From an uncultured Ignavibacteriales bacterium (GTDB lineage: Bacteria; Zixibacteria; MSB-5A5; GN15; FEB-12), in the NCBI GenBank assembly GCA_964489705.1, contig CAZAZQ010000013.1, positions 7,085 through 71,084 on the forward strand: a DNA stretch of 64,000 nt, written 5' to 3'. Position 1 is the first letter of the stretch, and each line of letters starts with the position of its first letter. Positions 24,441 through 33,511 of this stretch are shown here, in pieces. The notes beneath the pieces were generated by a model that was given only the letters and a program-made list of their open reading frames with translations, was not told where the DNA came from and searched no databases. The translations under genes were made by a program, and so were the position numbers.

Positions 24441-24999
24441 TATAACCCTCCAGTTTCGGTTGTAATTTTTCACGTAACATCATCCGGGCACGATTGACCC
24501 GCGATTTGACCGTCCCGAGGGGAATGGACAAAACCTTGGCGACTTCTTCGTACGGGAGTTCTTGGATATCCCGGAGGACAAACGCCAGCCGGTATTTCTC
24601 CGGTAAAGATCTAATGGCGCTGTCCAGAGCCTGAGGTAAGCGGCTGGGGAGCTTCATTTCCACCGCAAATTCGGATTCATTCCCCTTCATATCGGTAATA
24701 TCAAGGAACTTGAATTTCTTTCTCTTCCGCAGCTCGTTTCGAGCCAGATTCAGCGCGATGGTATATATCCACGTCGAAAAGCAGTGCTGAAAGTTGAACG
24801 ACTGCCGATGTTGATATACCCGGACAAAGGTTTCTTGGACTATATCTTCCGCCTCGTCTTGCGAGGAGAGCATTCGTCCGATGACGTTCATCAACCGGTC
24901 CTTGTAACGGTCGACCAACTGGTTGAACGCAACCATGTCGCCTTTTTGGACCGCTCTCATGAGCTTATAGTCGATGTCTTTTTCCGCTTCTTTTCCCAT
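24397..24999 (-). CDS. ECF RNA polymerase sigma factor
   Basis: AEDIVQETF, FSTWIYTIALN, PLGTVKSRVNRAR. Confidence 0.95.
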   Translation of the reverse strand: MGKEAEKDIDYKLMRAVQKGDMVAFNQLVDRYKDRLMNVIGRMLSSQDEAEDIVQETFVRVYQHRQSFNFQHCFSTWIYTIALNLARNELRKRKKFKFLDITDMKGNESEFAVEMKLPSRLPQALDSAIRSLPEKYRLAFVLRDIQELPYEEVAKVLSIPLGTVKSRVNRARMMLREKLQPKLEGYNALSKSTLLPVSIL

Positions 25000-25029
25000 A
25001 TTTTCACCATCAAAAAATGTAACTATAAG

Positions 25030-25057
25030 TATTACCCTCCCGAGCGGAGAAAGTTCC
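25030..25057 (-). promoter_or_regulatory. ECF-type promoter (probably autoregulatory)
   Basis: GGAACTT-N15-GTAATA about 30 nt upstream of the sigma ATG. Confidence 0.6.
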
Positions 25058-25158
25058 TTTTTTTCTTATCGTCCTTTTGGCTCACCTGCCTGATTGGCAA
25101 AAAGTTATGCCGATTTTAGAGTTTCTGTTCAAATATAAGACATTTTCTCTCAAAAAGG

Positions 25159-26373
25159 CTAAAAAAGCGCTGGCCAGGGAGAAAGATAGACCAAGAAGCC
25201 CAACAGTCCCAATAGGATAACCGGGATAATGATTTGCCGGTATACTTTGAGCAGATCACTGTGGAAATATTCGTTGGTCAGGATAAGGCAAAGGTGAGTA
25301 GGGGAAAGAATCATGCCCAGATAGCCGGAGAGGTACGCCAGCATAATATGAGCCGGGACGATTTCCGGCAGATAGAGAAACCCGGCTAACAGGGTATAGC
25401 TGAGGGCGACAAAGGCAGCGACCATACCGGTCAGAATCCCCGCCGTGAAGCAGACAAGAAATATTACGAGCTCTTCGGGAAGGTTGAGCTGGGTGGTCAG
25501 CTTTGGGATAGAACCGATGGCGCCGGAGAGCTCCAGCGCGGTCTGGAAGGAGAGGGTTCCGTATATCAGGAAGATAAGTTTATATGACAAACCGTGTTTG
25601 AGGGCGGTACGTAAACTATCACGTGAAGGTCGGGCAGTAAGGATGAGGATTATCACGGCGCTTAGAACGGCAAGGGCGAGGTTGACTTTGAAAACACCGT
25701 AAATGAGAATCGCCAGAGCGATAGGCCAGATGCTTTTGAGAATGCCCCACAGGGCGGTGAAGAGGTGAGGGGCGGAACGGCTGTGATTGTCGATTTTTCG
25801 GATGAAAAATATCAGCCCCAAACCGGTCATGATAATCGTAAAAGGAAACTGGATGAGCGAAACTTTGCCGATGGGCATACCGGTGATGGCTTCAGTGAGA
25901 ATTATTCCGGGATAGATGGGCCAAAAAAATTCGACGATGTGCCGGAACCAGTAATTGCTGGCGGTTCGGAAGTGCGGGGCGTATTTTTCGTCGGAAAGGA
26001 CGTTCCCTACCAGCGGAGCCGACAGCAACGAGCCGCCGGGCATCGGCATCAGTCCGACCAACGGCGGCAGCACCGCCACAGCGGTTTTGTTCCCGCCCGG
26101 GAGGCTCCTACAGGCGTCGGTCAGTTTGTCCAGGAACTTCAGTTCTTTCAAAAGCTGCCCCAAAATGGTTATCAACAATATGACGGAGGTAAGAGAAATA
26201 AACCGTTTTGACTTCAGAAGCTCCCAGTATCCCTCCAACAGGAGGGCAAAGTCTACCCGGTAGATGAGAGCAGTGACGAGACCAGCGCCGAAGAGAGTTA
26301 TACCGACCGATAGCTTCTTTCGCAGGGCGACGATGATTAATGCCAACACGAACAGTAACTTCAGCGCTTCCAT
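25159..26373 (-). CDS. DUF401 family membrane protein
   Basis: GLMPMPGGSLLSAP, NYWFRH, SPTHLCL; start set at MEALKLL (ORF-track extension overlaps the divergent gene). Confidence 0.85.
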   Translation of the reverse strand: MEALKLLFVLALIIVALRKKLSVGITLFGAGLVTALIYRVDFALLLEGYWELLKSKRFISLTSVILLITILGQLLKELKFLDKLTDACRSLPGGNKTAVAVLPPLVGLMPMPGGSLLSAPLVGNVLSDEKYAPHFRTASNYWFRHIVEFFWPIYPGIILTEAITGMPIGKVSLIQFPFTIIMTGLGLIFFIRKIDNHSRSAPHLFTALWGILKSIWPIALAILIYGVFKVNLALAVLSAVIILILTARPSRDSLRTALKHGLSYKLIFLIYGTLSFQTALELSGAIGSIPKLTTQLNLPEELVIFLVCFTAGILTGMVAAFVALSYTLLAGFLYLPEIVPAHIMLAYLSGYLGMILSPTHLCLILTNEYFHSDLLKVYRQIIIPVILLGLLGFLVYLSPWPALF

Positions 26374-26520
26374 AGCCAGCAGTATATCATAGTTTCGCCA
26401 AAAGTCAACGAAACTCACTTGACAGACAATCGTCCTTCTCCCTATGCTTGGAGTTGGTTTGTCGGTGTGACGAAGCGTGTGACGGGAATAGAGACGGATA
26501 TGAGAGGAAAGGAAAAGGCG

Positions 26521-27360
26521 TTGAAAGTTGTGACGACGATTAACGGACGGTTGGTGCCGCGTGGAAAAGATAAAATCTCGGTGTTCGATAATGCTCTGCT
26601 CTATGCGGAGGGGTTGTTTGAAACGCTTCTGGCGGTAGGGGAGACGATTATTTTTGAGAAGGAACATTTGCAGCGTCTCCGACGAGGAGCCAGGGTCATC
26701 GGATTGGAGATTCCCGTTTCCTTCGACATTTTATCGAAGTGGATGAAAAAAACTATCCGCCGTCATCCCGATTATATCAAGAAATTGCGGCTGACCGTCA
26801 CCAGCGGCGAATCGGCACGGTGGGTCGGCAAACAGGGGAAGCCACAGGTGATTCTCAGCGCTTCTCCGCATCAATTGCCGGAAGAGCCGTATCGCTTGTG
26901 GGTGTCTGATTTTCGGGTCGACCAACGGTCGGTCTTTCGCCGCATCAAGACGCTCTCGTATGCCATCCATGCCGCCGCTTTGAAGCAAGCACGAAAAAAG
27001 GGGTGTGACGATGCTCTTTTATTGAATCAAAGAAGCCAGGTGGCGGAAGTGACCTCTGCAAACGTTTACTGGGTGAAGGGAGGGCGAATTTACACGCCTC
27101 CGTTGACGGCAGGATGCCTCGAAGGGGTAACACGGCGGGTGGTGTTGAAAGAAGCTACCAAGTTAGGGATGAAAATCTCCGAGAAGAATACCACCCTCTC
27201 CGGACTGTTGGAGGCGGACGAGGTGTTTATCTCAAGTTCGCTGAAGCTTGTCGTGGGTGTTGGCTTTATCAGAACACCGTACGGGAAACATCATCTCCCT
27301 TCAGGAGAGATAACCGATCTTCTTTCCACACATTTTCGGAAACTCGTGCACGCTGTGTGA
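26521..27360 (+). CDS. Aminotransferase class IV (IlvE/PabC-like)
   Basis: YAEGLFET, EHLQRL, IKTLSY, EVTSANV, CLEGVTR; start TTG 26521 or ATG 26500. Confidence 0.9.
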   Translation: MKVVTTINGRLVPRGKDKISVFDNALLYAEGLFETLLAVGETIIFEKEHLQRLRRGARVIGLEIPVSFDILSKWMKKTIRRHPDYIKKLRLTVTSGESARWVGKQGKPQVILSASPHQLPEEPYRLWVSDFRVDQRSVFRRIKTLSYAIHAAALKQARKKGCDDALLLNQRSQVAEVTSANVYWVKGGRIYTPPLTAGCLEGVTRRVVLKEATKLGMKISEKNTTLSGLLEADEVFISSSLKLVVGVGFIRTPYGKHHLPSGEITDLLSTHFRKLVHAV

Positions 27361-27457
27361 TGCCGTGCAAAGAGCTTTGCCGGGAAACAAACTGTCCTGA
27401 ATTTTTCTCCTGCTCTCGGAGTGCGCTTTTGGGAAAAAAACGGTAGAAACCACAGAC

Positions 27458-27544
27458 GGCAGACGTTCTTGTCTGCCTTTGAGCCGTCAAAGTAACATAC
27501 CCAGTAGATGAATTGTTGCGCCGTCAGGAATCCTTTCCTGACGG
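27458..27544. repeat. Two short REP-like palindromes
   Basis: GGCAGAC-gttctt-GTCTGCC (27458-27477) and CCGTCAGGAA-tcct-TTCCTGACGG (27521-27544). Confidence 0.5.
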
Positions 27545-27718
27545 TTGATGGGGCTATTCGTCTTTCTTGACATTTACTGTTATACCGATAGCCAAAGAGC
27601 ATGCCGATTGAGTCGCCTTCATCGACGTTCGAGCTTTTTGTTGACTTGTCTTTAGTCATGTCTCTATTGTGTACATTGGAGAGTTTTTTGACACGGATAT
27701 CACAAGCGAGGTGAAAAG

Positions 27719-28534
27719 ATGAAATATTCCTTGAAACATATATGCTCAATCTTGTTTTTTTTAGCCGCTTTAGTTATGCCCCTCTCCGATGCTTTCGGAC
27801 TTCAGCAGGGCAGTTTGTTTGAAGTGCCGCCGCGATGGTTGGTGGATGCGCCCACGGCAGGTACTTTGCCTCGCGCCTATTACTGTATCGGCTTTCGATT
27901 CTATCCCAATGGCGGGGCTTTGGCAAATGCGGATATCGGGCTGTCCAATCGTTTGATGTTGGGAGTCGCCTTCGGGGCGGAAGACGTCATTTCGAACCGA
28001 GAGCCGACCTGGAACCCCCGCATCGAGTTCAATGTCAAACTTCGGATGATTGACGAAATGGAGTATTTCCCTGCGATAACAATCGGGTTTTCTTCTCAAG
28101 GAGTGGGCGGGTGGAACGCTGAGCTCCGCCGGTATACTTTCAAGTCGAGAGGATTCTACCTGGTGGCAAGCCGGAGTTTCTACTTCTACCAGTGGACCTC
28201 GGGATGGCATGTTGGGGTGAATTACTCTCTTGAAAACGAGGTCGATCACGACAGAGATTTGAATTTCTTCGTCGGTTTTGACGCGACCTTCAAGTATAAC
28301 CTTGCCTTCTTAGCAGAGATAGACGCCGCTTTGAATGACGACAAATCGACCCTGCCTGACGGGACGCCGTATAATTTTGCCGGCAAGGGACGAGGTTACT
28401 TGAATTTTTCCGTGAAGTGGCTCTTCACCGAGAACTTGGAGCTGGAAGCGTTGATGAAGGACTTGCTGATAAATCGCCGTGAGTCGGAGACACTCACCCG
28501 CGAAATACGCATAACCTATATCGACAAATTTTAG
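27719..28534 (+). CDS. Outer-membrane beta-barrel protein, YjbH-like
   Basis: Signal peptide, LVDAPTAGTL, PAITIG, amphipathic strands, terminal F. Confidence 0.7.
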   Translation: MKYSLKHICSILFFLAALVMPLSDAFGLQQGSLFEVPPRWLVDAPTAGTLPRAYYCIGFRFYPNGGALANADIGLSNRLMLGVAFGAEDVISNREPTWNPRIEFNVKLRMIDEMEYFPAITIGFSSQGVGGWNAELRRYTFKSRGFYLVASRSFYFYQWTSGWHVGVNYSLENEVDHDRDLNFFVGFDATFKYNLAFLAEIDAALNDDKSTLPDGTPYNFAGKGRGYLNFSVKWLFTENLELEALMKDLLINRRESETLTREIRITYIDKF

Positions 28535-28540
28535 GAAGGG

Positions 28541-29275
28541 CTAAAAGCCGAACTTCCGCCAACGTGAAAGCACTAACTCGATGAAATCCCCCACCGTGGT
28601 GACGACTTTCCGGTAGTATTCTTTTGATTTTTCGACGTTGAACTCCGGGTATCCTTCCTCTTTTTTGTACAAAAGGATGGAACCGGGGACGGGGTAGACA
28701 TCCGCTCCGGGTTGGAACTGATACGCCAAAGCCGGGTCGTATGTTTTTTCGTCGACAAGATTCGGGTCCAACGCGAGAACCATTGCCGTTTCGTCGGTAC
28801 CGGCGTGACCGCCCGCATGTCCCCAGAACTCGGTTGTCATCGATTCGCAAATCATCCACCAGTGAATGACGGCTACGTTGACTTTATGGCTATAATGAAA
28901 ATCTTGAGCCACGTTTTTGAGCACCGTGTTATTTCCGCCATGCCCGTTGATGAGAAAGATGTTGGTGAAGCCAGTGTCGGCAAAAGAGGTGAGAATATCC
29001 TGGAGGAAAAGCGCGTAGGTGTCGGGGCGGATGGTGATTCCACCCGGGTAACGATAGAGCGAGCGGGTAATGCCGTAACCTAAGGTCGGAGCCACCAAGC
29101 CGTTGAACCGTTCGGCGAATTCCAACGAGAGGGCTTCCGGAATGTAATTGTCAGTACCGAGGCAAGCGGAGCCGTGCGCTTCGGTAGTCCCGACAGGAAG
29201 GAAAATAGTCTGAATCGTTTGGGGTACCAGCTCTTTGACTTTGAGCCACGACAATTTTTGCAGTTCTCGTTCCAT
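28541..29275 (-). CDS. Creatininase/creatinine amidohydrolase family protein
   Basis: LPVGTTEAHG..LGTD, NGHGGN, HAGTDET. Confidence 0.92.
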   Translation of the reverse strand: MERELQKLSWLKVKELVPQTIQTIFLPVGTTEAHGSACLGTDNYIPEALSLEFAERFNGLVAPTLGYGITRSLYRYPGGITIRPDTYALFLQDILTSFADTGFTNIFLINGHGGNNTVLKNVAQDFHYSHKVNVAVIHWWMICESMTTEFWGHAGGHAGTDETAMVLALDPNLVDEKTYDPALAYQFQPGADVYPVPGSILLYKKEEGYPEFNVEKSKEYYRKVVTTVGDFIELVLSRWRKFGF

Positions 29276-29278
29276 CGG

Positions 29279-30025
29279 TTACTCCAGCTTGGCAAGAATG
29301 CGTTCCATGACGATTTCGGTCTCTTTCGCCGTGTTGTTGTCTCCTTCGTAACGGAACTGGTTGATGTCCCGCACCATGATTTCCAATTCTTCCGGGCTTT
29401 CGACCGCATACCAGATTTCCAGTTCCGACCACGCCAGTTGCTTCTTGGTAAAGGCTTCGGCAACCTCCGAATAGATAGCAGGCGATTTCCAATCGAAGTC
29501 CGCCAGATTGATTTGGTAGGAATTGGACATACCGATGATATAGTACCTGCCTTCCGGGGTCGGTCCGAAGACCGCATCCGACTCGCTAAGCATCTTCAAA
29601 GCCCGCTGCATCATCGCCGGGCGAATGGTGGGGGTACGACTGCCGATAACGAGTACGTGTTTGTATCCGGCGGCAAAGCAGTCTCGGAACACTTTGTCGA
29701 TGCGGATTCCCCAGCGTTCATGTTCCAATTCGAACGATTTGAACCGGTTTTTGAAGGGCTGTCCCTTGACGTTCGACAACTTCTTTTTCAAATAGCCGGT
29801 CACGATTTCCACAAGGCGTTTCCGTTCGGGGGAATTGATATAGTACAAACGAACGTCAACATTCTTGACGTCGAGACAATTCGTTATTGTGTCGGTGATA
29901 AAAGCTTGATGCAGAAACCGTAGATTATCGCCGGTAATGATACCGAAATCCATGGTAGAACCGTCTTCGTACGGCTCCTGAACACATATGGCTATGACTG
30001 CGTCATTCTGTTTCTTCGGCGGCAT
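29279..30025 (-). CDS. DUF2064 (TIGR04282-like) nucleotidyl/glycosyltransferase-fold protein, divergent
   Basis: VLVIGSRTP, AVFGPTPEGRYYIIG resemble the DUF2064 motifs IGxDxP and LGPAxDGGYYLIG. Confidence 0.75.
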   Translation of the reverse strand: MPPKKQNDAVIAICVQEPYEDGSTMDFGIITGDNLRFLHQAFITDTITNCLDVKNVDVRLYYINSPERKRLVEIVTGYLKKKLSNVKGQPFKNRFKSFELEHERWGIRIDKVFRDCFAAGYKHVLVIGSRTPTIRPAMMQRALKMLSESDAVFGPTPEGRYYIIGMSNSYQINLADFDWKSPAIYSEVAEAFTKKQLAWSELEIWYAVESPEELEIMVRDINQFRYEGDNNTAKETEIVMERILAKLE

Positions 30026-30101
30026 ACTCTCACTTTGTATGAAGTGTTCATTTGCGGGCTAATATATGAACCTCGTTCAGGGCAGTCAAGCACGGCGCAA
30101 G

Positions 30102-30152
30102 AAAAAAAGATGTTTTGCCGCTCTCTGGTGCGGAAAAACGGCAAAACATCTT
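30102..30152 (-). terminator. Terminator downstream of dsbD
   Basis: AAGATGTTTTGCCG/CGGCAAAACATCTT 14-bp stem with T-run on the minus strand. Confidence 0.75.
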
Positions 30153-30183
30153 CACATCGTAAACGGAAAATATCGGGGTGATC

Positions 30184-32148
30184 TTACCGTACTTTTTGCA
30201 TCTCCGCTATCATATCATCCGGTTCGATAACGCCCTTCAAGATGCGCTTTACTTTGCCGGAGGAATCCAAGAGTAAGGTCGTCGGTAAGGAATAATGTTT
30301 CATTCCAAAGCGTTTCATGAAGTCTTTCGTAATCTCGGTACCGGCGTTTTCCAGTTGGACTTTGATGGCGACAAACCGCTTCGCTTCCGCGGCGACCCGG
30401 GGATTGTTGAACGTTTTCTTCTCCAATACTCGGCAATTGGCGCACCAGGTCGCCCAGGTGTCGATTAAAACCGGCTTTTGCTCTTGCTTGGCTCGAGCCA
30501 GCCCTTCTTCAAGGTTTGTCTCCCACTCGATGAGACCATGCTTCCGTTCTCCGACGGCGACACTGGAAGCAGGCAGCCACTCTGAAGCGGGAGGGAGAAT
30601 GAGCCCTTGCGTGAGCAAAGTACCCGCGAAGAGGTATACCCCGACTATCAGTGCCAACAATCCGGCGAACTTTTTCAAGCGTAAGAAGAAGCCCGCCTCC
30701 GGGGTCAAACGGTCAAGACCGCCCCAGAAGACGGCAAAGGCTATCATGACCAGACTGGTCAGTATGGCGTTTAGGGTCGGGGAAATGATGGTTCGCAGGA
30801 AGTAAAGCGCCATGATAAGCAAGACAAAACCAAAAAACTTCTTGATGGACTCCATCCACTCTCCGGCGCCGGGAAGTTTGCTGATAGCGGATGAGAACAT
30901 CCCGATAATGATGTAGAGGGTTCCCAGACCTAAAGCGAACACGAAAAGAACCAAGAATCCGATGACCGGCGAGCCGCTGGTGGCGACATAGAGCAAGATA
31001 CCGGCGACAAAGGGTCCCACGCACGGGGAGACAACCAGCGCAGCTACCACGCCCAAAACAATTGAGCTGACGATACCGCCCCCTTGTTTGGTGGTGCCGA
31101 GCTTCTGTCGGAGGGAAGAGGGAACCTGCAATTCATACAAACCGAACATAGAAAGAGAGAAAATGACGAAAACAATGGCGATGCCGATTACCACCGCCGG
31201 ACTGGCAAGCCAGGCGCCAAACACCCCTCCGATAAGCGACACTATCAGTCCCATGATGCCGTAGATAACCGCCATGGAACCGACATAAACCAAGGACAAG
31301 ATGAAACCTTTCGCCAGGGTGCGTTGTTGTCCGGCGAAGATGCTGACGGTAATTGGTATCATAGGGTACGTGCACGGTGAAAACGAAAGAAGCAAGCCGG
31401 TTAAAAATGCCAATCCGAGCGCGATGAAGTATCCCCAGAATCCGTACTTGTGTATCAGGCGCTCAATTTCGTTCTCTTCCGTTGGGGCGGAGGACGGTTC
31501 TTCCGAAGAAGAAGAGGGAGTTGGTGTGGGCTCGATTGATGAGAAGAGTTCGGCGTTGAGAGGGGTTCCGTTCTCACCTATGGTTATTCTCAGAGGAGCT
31601 TCTATGGTTTTCGGAGGGAGGCATTGTTTATCGTTGCACGGTTGAAAAGAAAAGCGAACGGGAAGAGAGATTTTTTTCGCTGATATATTGTTATCAATCG
31701 TCACCAAGAACGGAATGACGACTTTCCCGCTGTAGACCGAAATTTTTTCGTCAATGAGCACCGCGTCGGAACCGTCGGGGTAGGTGACGTCATGAGGAGT
31801 GACGCCGGGAAGAGTGTCGAACGAGAGTTCCGCCGGGATAAGCCAATCTTGATACGGTTTCGCCGAGTTGATATGCCATTCCGGGTCGATGGTGACGACA
31901 GCCGCCGCTTGATAGGTCTCTCCCGGTTTCGCTTCACTCATGGAAAAACGGGTCTCCACCGTGACAAGATTGTTCCTTTGCGGCTCGTCTTCAAACATGT
32001 CGAAGCCGGACTGAGCGGAGATAGATGAGACGGCAAACAGGGACAAAAGAATTGTCACCGCCATAATTAGCTGAGGAACGTTGTTTCGGGGTTTCCGCTT
32101 ATGAGGACATTTGTTGCCGTTTTTGAATGTTCGGAGATACTTTTTCAT
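30184..32148 (-). CDS. dsbD: Thiol:disulfide interchange protein DsbD
   Basis: N-domain QPCNDKQCLPP, TM SPCTYPM and SPCVGP, C-terminal WATWCANC; start uncertain. Confidence 0.92.
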   Translation of the reverse strand: MKKYLRTFKNGNKCPHKRKPRNNVPQLIMAVTILLSLFAVSSISAQSGFDMFEDEPQRNNLVTVETRFSMSEAKPGETYQAAAVVTIDPEWHINSAKPYQDWLIPAELSFDTLPGVTPHDVTYPDGSDAVLIDEKISVYSGKVVIPFLVTIDNNISAKKISLPVRFSFQPCNDKQCLPPKTIEAPLRITIGENGTPLNAELFSSIEPTPTPSSSSEEPSSAPTEENEIERLIHKYGFWGYFIALGLAFLTGLLLSFSPCTYPMIPITVSIFAGQQRTLAKGFILSLVYVGSMAVIYGIMGLIVSLIGGVFGAWLASPAVVIGIAIVFVIFSLSMFGLYELQVPSSLRQKLGTTKQGGGIVSSIVLGVVAALVVSPCVGPFVAGILLYVATSGSPVIGFLVLFVFALGLGTLYIIIGMFSSAISKLPGAGEWMESIKKFFGFVLLIMALYFLRTIISPTLNAILTSLVMIAFAVFWGGLDRLTPEAGFFLRLKKFAGLLALIVGVYLFAGTLLTQGLILPPASEWLPASSVAVGERKHGLIEWETNLEEGLARAKQEQKPVLIDTWATWCANCRVLEKKTFNNPRVAAEAKRFVAIKVQLENAGTEITKDFMKRFGMKHYSLPTTLLLDSSGKVKRILKGVIEPDDMIAEMQKVR

Positions 32149-32251
32149 CACGCATTACCTTTTTCATCTCAATCTCGATTTTGGTTCCACGTATAGTTAA
32201 TAGAACATAAGAATACATGGAAAGGTTTGGAAAATAAAGCCCCGATTTTTC

Positions 32252-33511
32252 TTATTTGTTTCGGATATAGGCAATGATTTCGTTCTTGAGCAAAGTGATA
32301 AGCTCGTCCTGATCAATTTTGGCGACGATTTTTTCCGCAATTTTTTCAGCGAGCTCTTTCCGGAATGCTTGGGTAAAGAGGTGAATTTCGTCGGGCGAGA
32401 AGGTTTCGGTCAGCTCCTGCCACGAGCGGTTTGACGGCTGTTGCTGAGAAGCGGGAAGATGTTTTTCCTCGAGCTTTTCATAGTGAGCCATTTCGTCGGA
32501 ATGGAATTTTTCCACTTCTTTTTTGAATTCATCGAGAAACTGCTTCACCTTTTCTTGGTTGTTCGGCGCCGGTTGAGAAGGGGATGGGGAAGCGGGAGCC
32601 GGAGTAATCGGATCGACGACCGAAGCGGGACTGGTGATGTCCAATGCTTCGGACGGCGGCACCGATTGAGAAGAGGAGGGAGAAGAAGGAGTCGGGCTGG
32701 GGGAAGATGCCGGAGCTTCGCCTTCTTTGCGCATTTCGCCAATGAACCATTCGTAGTCGTGCACTTGACTGTCGACTTCCACGTGAAGCGCTTCGGGATT
32801 TGCCAAACCGTACTGGTCGGTTAAAATTTCGAGTTCGTCGCTTTCGTTGGCGCCGGGAGGGGATGCCTGAGCTTGCGAAGGTTGGGGATGGCGGATATCG
32901 GTGGTATCGCTGTCCTGGATGAGAATGGTCTCCACTTTGGTGCTGTCGGAGTGTTTTTCCGTTTCCTGTTCGACATTATCGAAGCCGATAAACTTCTCCG
33001 GCGGCTTGGTACCGCTTTTCTTACTGGTGATGGTTGTCTTATCCATTACCTCCGAGTCGGTAACATCGATCCGGTCGATACCGAGGGCGGCATCAAGAAA
33101 ATCATCGTCCAGTTCCGCTTGCGTCAAGGGATTTTCCGGCGGGGGAGAAGCGGGCTTTTCCGCGGCGGCAGTGAGGGAAGTGACCTTCTGTAAAAAATCA
33201 TCAGCATCGAAGGGGCGGGGAATAATCATTTCCGGTGGGACGGAAAGCTGAGTATTGGGAGCATCGAAAATCAACATGGCGATTTGGGAACCCTTGGGAT
33301 CTTTCTTCACGCGTTCGTACAAACTCAGCCCGTCGGAAGAACGCAGTTCACCGCCGATAATAACAAGATCCGGTCGGGTGAAGTTGAGCACCTCCAGCGC
33401 CTTGTCCGCCGTTCCCACCGAAATGACCTCGAATCCGTTTTGTCTCAAGAGGGTTTCAGCTACCCCGCGAATAGCGTCGGATTGCTCTGCCAAAAGGACT
33501 CGTTTTCTCAT
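32252..33511 (-). CDS. Atypical response-regulator receiver protein with long Pro/Ser/acidic linker
   Basis: Receiver fold RVLLAE..PDLVIIG (phospho-Asp replaced by G), low-complexity middle, helical C-terminus. Confidence 0.78.
   Translation of the reverse strand: MRKRVLLAEQSDAIRGVAETLLRQNGFEVISVGTADKALEVLNFTRPDLVIIGGELRSSDGLSLYERVKKDPKGSQIAMLIFDAPNTQLSVPPEMIIPRPFDADDFLQKVTSLTAAAEKPASPPPENPLTQAELDDDFLDAALGIDRIDVTDSEVMDKTTITSKKSGTKPPEKFIGFDNVEQETEKHSDSTKVETILIQDSDTTDIRHPQPSQAQASPPGANESDELEILTDQYGLANPEALHVEVDSQVHDYEWFIGEMRKEGEAPASSPSPTPSSPSSSQSVPPSEALDITSPASVVDPITPAPASPSPSQPAPNNQEKVKQFLDEFKKEVEKFHSDEMAHYEKLEEKHLPASQQQPSNRSWQELTETFSPDEIHLFTQAFRKELAEKIAEKIVAKIDQDELITLLKNEIIAYIRNK

Noticed and set aside
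26374-26667. N-terminal extension of the DUF401 ORF
   Set aside because: It overlaps the divergent aminotransferase gene, and family-like sequence starts at MEALKLL
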